Of a DNA stretch of 23,939 nucleotides, positions 16,617 through 23,939 are shown piece after piece. The stretch lies in NCBI GenBank assembly GCA_038209745.1, contig JBBQXJ010000074.1, forward strand, positions 1 through 23,939. The letters run 5' to 3'. Every line of letters begins with the position of its first letter. Positions within the stretch are counted from its first letter, which is position 1. Below the pieces are notes generated by a model. The model did no database searches. It was given only the letters and a program-made list of their open reading frames with translations, and was not told the origin of the DNA. This DNA comes from Verrucomicrobiota bacterium (GTDB taxonomy: Bacteria; Verrucomicrobiota; Verrucomicrobiia; Limisphaerales; CANJSG01). The translations under genes were made by a program, and so were the position numbers.

Positions 16617-17006
16617 ATGAAAAAACTCGTCCTGCTCCTCGGTGTTGTCTGTCTCTTCGCCATGGCGGGCGTGATCGCCGCTGACTCCCCCATGAAGAAA
16701 CATAAACTGCTCCATGTCGTGTCGATCAAGTTCAAGGCCGACGCCACTCCCGAGCAGATCAAGGGGGTCGAGACCGCCTTCCGGGCGCTCAAGACGAAGA
16801 TTCCCCAGATCGCCACGCTGGAATGGGGCACGAACAACAGCCCGGAGAAGATGAACAAGGGCTTCACCCATTGCTTCGTCTTGTCGTTCAAGAGCGAGGC
16901 GGATCGGGCTGTCTATCTGCCGCATCCAGAACACAAGAAGTTCGGCGCGGTGCTGGGCCCGGTCATGGACGATGTCATGGTCGTCGACTTCTGGGCGCAG
17001 GACTGA
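16617..17006 (+). CDS. Dabb family (stress-responsive A/B barrel) exported protein
   Basis: Signal peptide, LLHVVSIKFK, WGTNNSPE, GFTHCFVLSF, YLPHPEH, VVDFW. Confidence 0.92.
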   Translation: MKKLVLLLGVVCLFAMAGVIAADSPMKKHKLLHVVSIKFKADATPEQIKGVETAFRALKTKIPQIATLEWGTNNSPEKMNKGFTHCFVLSFKSEADRAVYLPHPEHKKFGAVLGPVMDDVMVVDFWAQD

Positions 17007-17029
17007 CACCGGACACGAAGCGGCTGGAT

Positions 17030-17077
17030 AAAGACCCGCCCATTTCCTGATGCGGAAACGGGCGGGTCTTTTGCTTT
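17030..17077. terminator. Likely bidirectional terminator between convergent Dabb and YyaL-like genes
   Basis: aaagacccgcccatttcc-tgatgc-ggaaacgggcgggtcttt followed by tgcttt. Confidence 0.85.
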
Positions 17078-17090
17078 GGAAGGGAACCTC

Positions 17091-19313
17091 CTACCGACGC
17101 TTCGGAGCGAGTTCTTGCGTCAGTTTCTCCAGATCGGAGGTGGGCAGCTGGCAGACGTAGTCTTCGCACACGTAGGCCGTGGCTTTCCCGTTGACCGGTT
17201 TCACATCCCGGATGAACTCCAGATGTTTCCCCAGAAAGGCTTGGCCGGCCGCGCCCTCGGCCAGCAGGACGATCTTGTCCGGGAGAAACCGCGCGTGGAT
17301 CTCGCGAAGCATCGCCTTGGTATCGGGAGCGGAAGCCTTGCCGGCGACCACGATCTGCTTCGGTTTCGAGAGGCTGAAGTCCAGAGCGACCATCATCTGC
17401 GGCATGGTGCTCGGCCCCTGCTGGAGGCGGGCGCCGAACGCGGCCAACGTTTTTCCGGCCATGTCCTGAAACGGCTTGTCGTCGAGCATCTGGGCGAGGC
17501 GCAGGAGGTTCAGCGCGGCGACGGAGTTGGGCGAGGGTTCCGCCCCGTCGTAGTCTTCCTTCATCCGGAGGAGGACGCTTGGATCGTGGCCCGTTGTGCT
17601 GAAGAAACCGTGGCTGGTCGAATCCCAGAACAGGTCGTTCTGCTTCTTCTGGAGTTCGAGGGCCCAGGCCAGGTTGGCGGTGTCGAACGAGGCCTCGTAG
17701 AGGTCGAGCAGGCCCTGGATGAGGAAGGCATAGTCGTCCGCGAATCCGTCGATGGTCGCCTCTCCCACGCGATACCGGCGGATCAGCCGGCCCGTCTGCG
17801 GGTCGTAGAGTTTCGAGCGGATAAACTGTGCGGCCATCGTGGCCGCCTCCAGATAGCGGGGATCGTCGAGCACCTGATAGCCCCGGGCGAAGGCCGAGAT
17901 CATCAAACCGTTCCATGCGGTGATGGTCTTGTCGTCGAGCAGCGGACGAGGCCGTTTTGCCCGCACCGCGAACAGCTTTTGCCGCGCGTCGCCCAATAGG
18001 GTTTCAATCTCCGCCGAGGATTTTCCGAACTGTTTCGCCGTTTCTTCGAGGGTGTGCGAGACGATGAGCACGTTCTTGTGCGGGAATTCTCCGCGCGGAT
18101 CGGACTCCACGTTGCCGCCCTTCTGGACTCCGTAGCGGTAGTTGAAGAGGTCGGCGGGATCCTGGCCCAGCGCGTCGACGATCTCCTTTTGCTCCCACAC
18201 ATAGAACGCGCCCTCGGCATGGGCGGAGGGATTCTCGGGCAGCGGGCTGTCGGCGTCCTCCGCCGAGAAGAACTGCCCCTGGTCGCCCGTCATGTCGCGC
18301 CGGACATAGTCGAGGATGTCGCGGGCCACGTCGGCGAAGCTCTGGTCGTGGGTGATCTGGTAGGCGTCAAGATACGAGCCGGCCAGTTGGGCCTGGTCGT
18401 AGAGCATCTTCTCGAAATGGGGGACATGCCATCGCGTGTCGGTGGAGTAGCGATGGAAGCCCCCGCCCAGCGCGTCGTGCATGCCGCCGTCCGCCATCTT
18501 GCGCAGGGTGAAGAGCGACATCTCGAGCGCGTCCTTCGTGCCGGTGCGGGCGTAATAGTGCAGCAGAAAGTTCAGCGTGACGGGCCGGGGAAACTTGGGC
18601 GCGTCGCCGAATCCGCCGTAGAGCGGTTCGTAGCCTTTCTTGATCTCCTCGTAGGTCTGGTCCAGCAGCGCCTTTTCCATCGCGACACCGGCCGGGCGCT
18701 TCGATTCGGTGAAGTGCCGCAGCTGTTGGGCGACCGAGTCGCCGGACGCCTGGATCTGGGCGCGGTTGGTCCGCCAGGACTCGCCGATGTTCTCCAGCAG
18801 CGGTGTGAACTGCGCCGGGGAAAAGTAGGTCCCGCCGAAGAAAGGTTTCAGGTCGGGCGTGAGCCATACGTTCATCGGCCAGCCACCGCCACCCGTCGTG
18901 GCCTGCACGAAAGTCATGTAGACGCGGTCGACATCGGGACGCTCTTCACGGTCGACCTTGATGCAGACAAAGTGGTCGTTCAGGACTTTCGCGACCACCG
19001 GGTCTTCGAACGATTCGTGCTCCATGACGTGGCACCAATGGCAGGTGGAGTAGCCCACGGAGAGGAAGATCGGCTTGTTCTCGGTGCGCGCTTTCGCGAA
19101 GGCCTCCTCGCCCCACGGATACCAATCCACCGGGTTGTGGGCGTGCTGGAGGAGGTAGGGTGACTTCGAGTGGGCCAACCGGTTGGTGTATTTGGTTTCG
19201 GAGGCGGAGGGCATGGGCCCGGAGGATTTATTGACGTTCTGGAGCGCGAACACTGCTGCGGTGGTCAACGTAAGGGCGCCGCTGAGAAGAGCGATCTTGG
19301 TGGTTTTATGCAC
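17091..19313 (-). CDS. YyaL/SPATA20-like thioredoxin-domain (DUF255) protein
   Basis: [62 protein letters not shown]; start GTG 19313 (alternative ATG 19214). Confidence 0.93.
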   Translation of the reverse strand: MHKTTKIALLSGALTLTTAAVFALQNVNKSSGPMPSASETKYTNRLAHSKSPYLLQHAHNPVDWYPWGEEAFAKARTENKPIFLSVGYSTCHWCHVMEHESFEDPVVAKVLNDHFVCIKVDREERPDVDRVYMTFVQATTGGGGWPMNVWLTPDLKPFFGGTYFSPAQFTPLLENIGESWRTNRAQIQASGDSVAQQLRHFTESKRPAGVAMEKALLDQTYEEIKKGYEPLYGGFGDAPKFPRPVTLNFLLHYYARTGTKDALEMSLFTLRKMADGGMHDALGGGFHRYSTDTRWHVPHFEKMLYDQAQLAGSYLDAYQITHDQSFADVARDILDYVRRDMTGDQGQFFSAEDADSPLPENPSAHAEGAFYVWEQKEIVDALGQDPADLFNYRYGVQKGGNVESDPRGEFPHKNVLIVSHTLEETAKQFGKSSAEIETLLGDARQKLFAVRAKRPRPLLDDKTITAWNGLMISAFARGYQVLDDPRYLEAATMAAQFIRSKLYDPQTGRLIRRYRVGEATIDGFADDYAFLIQGLLDLYEASFDTANLAWALELQKKQNDLFWDSTSHGFFSTTGHDPSVLLRMKEDYDGAEPSPNSVAALNLLRLAQMLDDKPFQDMAGKTLAAFGARLQQGPSTMPQMMVALDFSLSKPKQIVVAGKASAPDTKAMLREIHARFLPDKIVLLAEGAAGQAFLGKHLEFIRDVKPVNGKATAYVCEDYVCQLPTSDLEKLTQELAPKRR

Positions 19314-19416
19314 GGGACAGGATCGACCGGAAACGCAGTCCGGTCGACCGGCAATCCTCGGTGCCCGCGACCTCGGAGCGTGTCTTGCCAATCCAGAAAC
19401 GACAAGCCGGAGAGGG

Positions 19417-20511
19417 TCAGCGGGCCCGGGCGGGTGAAACGGCGCCCGATACCGCCGCGCCGGGCGGCTGCGGCTGTGGGGCGGCCGGGCGTTGGATCCG
19501 ATGGGTCGGTGGCTTGCCGCTGCTTTCGCGGGTGACGATCTCCGTGGGCAGGCGGCGCGGGTCCGGTTTGTCGCCGGCGAGCAGGGCGGACATGAGCTCG
19601 AAGGCGGCGAACCCAAGCCGCAGCTTGGGCTGGCGCATGGTGGTGAGCGGCACCCGGAAATGTTCGCTGATCAGAATGTTTCCGAAGCCGACCATCGACA
19701 GGTCGTCCGGAATGCGGATGCCTTGGCGGAGGAGGGTGTTGGCGGCTCCGATGGCGACGAGGTCGTTGAAGGTCTGGACGGCGGTGGCGTCGGGCATTTC
19801 GTTCAGCATCTGGAGGGCGGTCGCCTCTCCTTCCTCGATGGTGCTGCCCGCGGAAAAGATCAGATGGTCGTCGGGGGGGATGTTCGCCTCGCGCAGCGCC
19901 CTCTGATAGCCCTCCAGCCGGTCCTTGGCCGTGGGGGACGTCCGGGGGCCGGAGAAGTAGGCGATGCGGCGATGGCCCAGTTCGATCAAGTGACGCGTGG
20001 CCGTCTGGCTCGCGAAAACGTCGTCCGGTTCCACGTTCACAAAGTCGCGGCAGAAGTCCGCCACCTGGCCGAGGATGACGGTGGGGACGCCGCGCTTGCG
20101 GAGTTCGTCGTAGCCCTGGGTCGGCCCGCCGAAGCGGTAGGCCGGGAAGATGAAGAGCCCGTCCACGCGCCGCGAAATCATGCGTCGGATGCAGGCTTCC
20201 TCGCGTTCCGGTTTGTTCAGCGAATGGGTCAGCAGCAGGTCGTAGCCGAGCTCGTTGGCCTTTTCTTCCAGCGCGAGGATGACGCGGGCATACAGGGGGT
20301 TGGCGACCGAGGGCAGGATGAGGCCGAGCAGGCGGGTGGTCCGGCTGCGCATGCTCTGGGCCATGACATCGGGCACGTAGCAAAGCTCGTCGGCGAGCTT
20401 GCGGACCCGCGCTTTGGTGGCGCCGGAGATGTCCTTGGCGTCGCGCATCACCTTGGACACGGTCATGACGGAGACGCCCGCTCGTTCGGCTATGTCTTTG
20501 AGTCGGATCAT
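19417..20511 (-). CDS. LacI family transcriptional regulator
   Basis: [59 protein letters not shown]. Confidence 0.96.
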   Translation of the reverse strand: MIRLKDIAERAGVSVMTVSKVMRDAKDISGATKARVRKLADELCYVPDVMAQSMRSRTTRLLGLILPSVANPLYARVILALEEKANELGYDLLLTHSLNKPEREEACIRRMISRRVDGLFIFPAYRFGGPTQGYDELRKRGVPTVILGQVADFCRDFVNVEPDDVFASQTATRHLIELGHRRIAYFSGPRTSPTAKDRLEGYQRALREANIPPDDHLIFSAGSTIEEGEATALQMLNEMPDATAVQTFNDLVAIGAANTLLRQGIRIPDDLSMVGFGNILISEHFRVPLTTMRQPKLRLGFAAFELMSALLAGDKPDPRRLPTEIVTRESSGKPPTHRIQRPAAPQPQPPGAAVSGAVSPARAR

Positions 20512-20532
20512 GGGGAGGAGTCTCTTTCTCGG

Positions 20533-21417
20533 CTAGGTGTTGGAACCGCTCCAATGCAGCTTGCGCCGCAGGGTGTCGAAGAACGAGCTGCCCTCCAGAT
20601 GCAGCAGCCGGACGAACCGGCGGCTGCGCTGGATGGTAAGGGTGTCGCCCTCGGTGATCGACACCGAGACCTGGCCGTCGGCGGTCGCGATCATCTCGGT
20701 CCCGCGCGTCAACGCCTTCACCACGATGACCGAGTCGAAGCTGACGATGACCGAGCGGTTGGACAGCGTGTGGGGACAGATCGGAGTCAGGGCGAGGACC
20801 TTCGCGGTGGGGTGCACGATGGGACCGCCCGCGGAGAGGGAATACGCCGTCGAACCGGTCGGGGAACTGATGATCAACCCGTCGCTGCGATAGCGGGTGA
20901 GCGATTGGCCGTCCACGGTGATATCGAGCTCGATCATCCGGAGTTCGGCGCCGCGGGTGATGGTCACGTCGTTCAGGGCGCGAAGGTGTTCTCCGCGCGC
21001 GCCGGAGCCGAACTTCACGTCGATCAACGTGCGTTCGTCCACGTAGACGCGGCCCTCCCAGATCTGTTTGAGCGCCTTGTCGAGCTGGTGGGACTGCACG
21101 TCGGTCAGGAATCCGAGACGCCCGGCGTTCACGCCCACGATCGGCGTCCGCGCGCCGTCGATGCCCCGGGCCACGCGGAGGATGGTGCCGTCACCGCCGA
21201 AGACCAGCAGAAGCTGCGCCTCGCGGCCGAGCGTCTTGAAGTCGGGAAGCACCGTGCCGCAGGAGCCCGCCACTTCGGCGGTGGCACGGTCCAAGAGGAC
21301 CTCCGAGCCGCGACGACGGAACCACAGCGCCGCCTTCTTGAGGAGCTTCACGGCCGAGGGCTTGACCGTGTTGGTCACCAGACCGACGCGGCGCAGATTG
21401 TCAGGTGGCTGTTTCAA
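20533..21417 (-). CDS. nadK: NAD kinase
   Basis: GGDGTIL, GVNAGRLGFLT, ALND, DGLIISSPTGSTAYSLSAGGPI; TTG start 21417 inferred, overlapping the tlyA end. Confidence 0.96.
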   Translation of the reverse strand: MKQPPDNLRRVGLVTNTVKPSAVKLLKKAALWFRRRGSEVLLDRATAEVAGSCGTVLPDFKTLGREAQLLLVFGGDGTILRVARGIDGARTPIVGVNAGRLGFLTDVQSHQLDKALKQIWEGRVYVDERTLIDVKFGSGARGEHLRALNDVTITRGAELRMIELDITVDGQSLTRYRSDGLIISSPTGSTAYSLSAGGPIVHPTAKVLALTPICPHTLSNRSVIVSFDSVIVVKALTRGTEMIATADGQVSVSITEGDTLTIQRSRRFVRLLHLEGSSFFDTLRRKLHWSGSNT

Positions 21418-22141
21418 GCAGTGCGAGGAATTCCTTGTTTCCGGCGGGACCGAGCAACGGCGAGTCCGTCGCGCCCATCCATCTGAAACCGATTTCAGAC
21501 TCGGCAAAATGTCGCAGCTCGGCAACCACGCGTTCGTGGATGGCCGGATCGGTGATGACTCCGGCGCCCTTGGAGACCTCCTGCCGGCCCGCCTCGAACT
21601 GGGGTTTGATCAGGGCGACGATCCGACCGGGGCGTTTCAGCAGTTTGGCGGCGGCGGGCAGGATCTTGGTCAGGGAGATGAAGGAGCAGTCCGCCACGAT
21701 GATGTCGGCCGGAGTGAAGGGCGGGGGAAAAGATCCGGGAGTCAACGAGCGGGCGTTGGTGCGCTCCATCACGACGACCCGGGGATCGTTCCGCAGGGTC
21801 CACGCGAGCTGGCCATGGCCGACATCGACGGCGAAGACCTTGGCCGCGCCGCGTTGAAGCAGGCAGTCCGTGAATCCGCCAGTGGAGGAGCCCAGGTCCA
21901 TCGCGCTGAGGCCCGCAACGTCGATGGAAAAATGTTGGAGGGCGTGCTCCAGCTTGTGGCCGCCCCGGGAGACGAATTTTTCACGCTCGGTCAGCTCCAG
22001 CAGGTCGGTGTCGCGGGTCTTGTCGCCGGCCTTGCCGGCGGGTTGGCCATTGACGCGGACCTGCCCGGCGAGAACGGCGCGCTGCGCCTTTTCCCGGCTT
22101 TCGATCAATCCGCGCTGCACAAGGGCTTGGTCAAGTCGCAT
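21401..22141 (-). CDS. tlyA: TlyA family rRNA 2'-O-methyltransferase
   Basis: MRLDQALVQRGL S4 domain, FVSRGGHKL, DLGSSTGGFTDCLLQRGA, DCSFISL, LIKPQFEAG, GNKEFL. Confidence 0.96.
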   Translation of the reverse strand: MRLDQALVQRGLIESREKAQRAVLAGQVRVNGQPAGKAGDKTRDTDLLELTEREKFVSRGGHKLEHALQHFSIDVAGLSAMDLGSSTGGFTDCLLQRGAAKVFAVDVGHGQLAWTLRNDPRVVVMERTNARSLTPGSFPPPFTPADIIVADCSFISLTKILPAAAKLLKRPGRIVALIKPQFEAGRQEVSKGAGVITDPAIHERVVAELRHFAESEIGFRWMGATDSPLLGPAGNKEFLALLETAT

Positions 22142-22152
22142 GGCTCGGGCCG

Positions 22153-22182
22153 ACTATGCGGAGCGCGGGGTCGGAGGGGCAA
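22153..22182 (-). promoter_or_regulatory. Putative promoter for tlyA-nadK-lacI (TTGCCC-18-CATAGT)
   Basis: -10 box ends 11 nt before the ATG at 22141. Confidence 0.35.
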
Positions 22183-22317
22183 TGGCGAGTTTGACGCCGA
22201 TCGGTCATTGGGACCTTCAAGGGGTCGCTTGGGTCCGGCGTTTTCGGGCCGCCCAGATCGGTGGTAGCCCCAAAACAGGCGGCTGGTGTTCAGGCGATGG
22301 GTCGTTACAAAGAAGGG

Positions 22318-23058
22318 ATGGATCCAAATGTTGCCCGCCGAAAGCCTGTCGGGTTCACCTTGATCGAACTGTTGGTTGTCATCGCGATCATCGCGATTCT
22401 GGCGGGAATGCTTCTGCCGGCGCTGGCCCGGTCCAAGGCCAAGGCACTGAGCATAAAATGCATCAGCAACGAGAAGCAGCTCGGCATCGCCCTCAAGCTC
22501 TACGCGGACGACAACCGGGACTACTTTCCGGTCCATTCCGGTTGGGCCGACTACGGCGGGAAGTATACGGCGACGGCCAACGCGTCCGGGAACGCCTTCT
22601 CCTACGGAGGCAAGACCAAGGAAGAGAACCGTCCGCTGAACAAGTATGTGGGAGCGGTCGACCTGTTCCATTGTCCCGCCGATGCGGGCGATTCGTTGAA
22701 CACCCAGGTGAAGACCTGTTTCGAAGGATGGGGCAATAGCTACCTCATCGAGTGGGCCGCCGACGCGTTCCGGGTGCAACGCGTGACGGGCGACATTGCC
22801 GCGAAAGGAACCCGGCAAGGAACGCCGATGAAGGAGACGGAGATCGCGCGGAGCCCGGCCAACAAGATCATCCTCGGTGACTGGCCGTGGCACGCCAACC
22901 GCGACACCAAGGCGATCCAGACCGTCTGGCACAATTACAAGGGCAAGCGCTACGAGAACATGCTGTTTGGCGACACCCACGTGGAGAACTTCAAATTTCC
23001 CCCGCAGATGGACCAATGGATCGGGATCGCACCGGACGCCTCGTTTACTTGGTGGTGA
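22318..23058 (+). CDS. Prepilin-type N-terminal cleavage/methylation domain protein (PVC-type, H-X9-DG-like tail)
   Basis: [45 protein letters not shown]-terminal [10 protein letters not shown]; start could be 22297 or 22318. Confidence 0.92.
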   Translation: MDPNVARRKPVGFTLIELLVVIAIIAILAGMLLPALARSKAKALSIKCISNEKQLGIALKLYADDNRDYFPVHSGWADYGGKYTATANASGNAFSYGGKTKEENRPLNKYVGAVDLFHCPADAGDSLNTQVKTCFEGWGNSYLIEWAADAFRVQRVTGDIAAKGTRQGTPMKETEIARSPANKIILGDWPWHANRDTKAIQTVWHNYKGKRYENMLFGDTHVENFKFPPQMDQWIGIAPDASFTWW

Positions 23059-23105
23059 TCGGTGCTCCGAGATTAGGACGGGAGCGAGCTGGATTATTTG
23101 ATCAG

Positions 23106-23149
23106 TTCAAAAGGGGGGTCGCGGACCTGGCCCGCGACCCCCCTTTGAA
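23106..23149. terminator. Strong hairpin, likely bidirectional terminator
   Basis: ttcaaaaggggggtcgcgg-acctggc-ccgcgacccccctttgaa (one bulged A). Confidence 0.7.
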
Positions 23150-23466
23150 GGGTTTTAATCCTGAGAAGTGGGCGTAGTTGGCCATCGGGCCCACCATCCC
23201 CGTCATGCAGACCACCAACCAGATCACGCTTATCATCCGCCTCCAAGTGCACGTCCGCCGCCATTCCGTTCGCTGCCAGATAGTCGGTGAAACGGCGGGC
23301 CTGTCCCGCGTTCTAAATATGTCCAACGGGTCTCATGCGCCGTCCGAAGCAGGCACGCATTTGAAGCCGGCTGCAACCAATGGACACTGTCCTAGGTTCT
23401 CTGACTATTGACCTGTCCCTTTGTATTCCACCGAGGACGATTGCCATTTTCAATTGAGATGAGGTC

Positions 23467-23913
23467 ATGAGAAATCTAGCGTCAGCTATACAGGGTAGTC
23501 CAATCTTGGCTATCGGAATTGTGATTGCCTTTGTTGCGAGGCTGATCACGCCTTGGCTTTTTCTGTCAGGATTCATCTCGTTGGCAATTTGCTATCTAAT
23601 TTTGGTGGCTTTTTTGGTGTTGGTTCCTGTCTTTCTGACGATTTGGCTGGTGACTCTGAAAAGGCGCCGCGTCATGCATATTGGCGTTTTTGCTCTCTTG
23701 GTTGCGACGGTAGGATACCTGTCGTTTGGATATAAGTTCGAGTATCAATTGCTTGATGAATTTGCTGTTCGGGTTAAAAAAGCTGGAGTTTACAATGTCT
23801 TAAGGGGACTTCCAGAAACTCGATTTTCCAGAAAAGAAACAGTCGTTGAAATTGAGCAAGCAGGGCGGGATTTTCGTCCAAGAACGCGTGTCCGAAACCA
23901 TTCGTCCCTCTGA
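23467..23913 (+). CDS. Hypothetical multi-TM membrane protein, AT-rich
   Basis: 148 aa, about three hydrophobic segments, GAGG just upstream of the ATG, foreign codon usage. Confidence 0.65.
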   Translation: MRNLASAIQGSPILAIGIVIAFVARLITPWLFLSGFISLAICYLILVAFLVLVPVFLTIWLVTLKRRRVMHIGVFALLVATVGYLSFGYKFEYQLLDEFAVRVKKAGVYNVLRGLPETRFSRKETVVEIEQAGRDFRPRTRVRNHSSL

Positions 23914-23939
23914 GCTTTCCTTCTTCTCCCTGACCGAGC

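Noticed and set aside
23106..23149. REP/MITE element
   Set aside because: Single copy in the window; position and A/T flanks are adequately explained by a terminator.

Overview
High-GC bacterial chromosomal window, probably Verrucomicrobiota/PVC (inferred from the prepilin-type N-methyl protein family and overall gene style; not proven). The backbone is housekeeping: acs (5' fragment), rpe, phosphoglucomutase/phosphomannomutase, a membrane-anchored receiver protein, a DUF4476 protein, a CCA-type nucleotidyltransferase, pheT, erpA/iscA, S41 peptidase, tsaD, a TPR protein, lepB, Dabb, YyaL-like, LacI, nadK, tlyA and a prepilin-type protein. Four AT-richer patches interrupt it (~1010-1310, ~3883-5307, ~10350-11410, ~23400-23939). 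The most striking structure is at 3506-5479. A conserved hypothetical gene appears to have had its 3' end swapped by a 1425-bp insert with no visible recombinase. The insert is bounded by an 8-bp direct repeat (GTGATGGT) and supplies a recoded in-frame replacement C-terminus, while the host-codon original 3' end lies displaced at 5300-5479. A nested perfect 53-bp direct repeat brackets the cargo. Second, pheT has no adjacent pheS and lies downstream of hicA-hicB and a foreign HEPN (RxxxxH) gene. No tRNA, rRNA, CRISPR array, integrase, transposase or reverse transcriptase was recognised.
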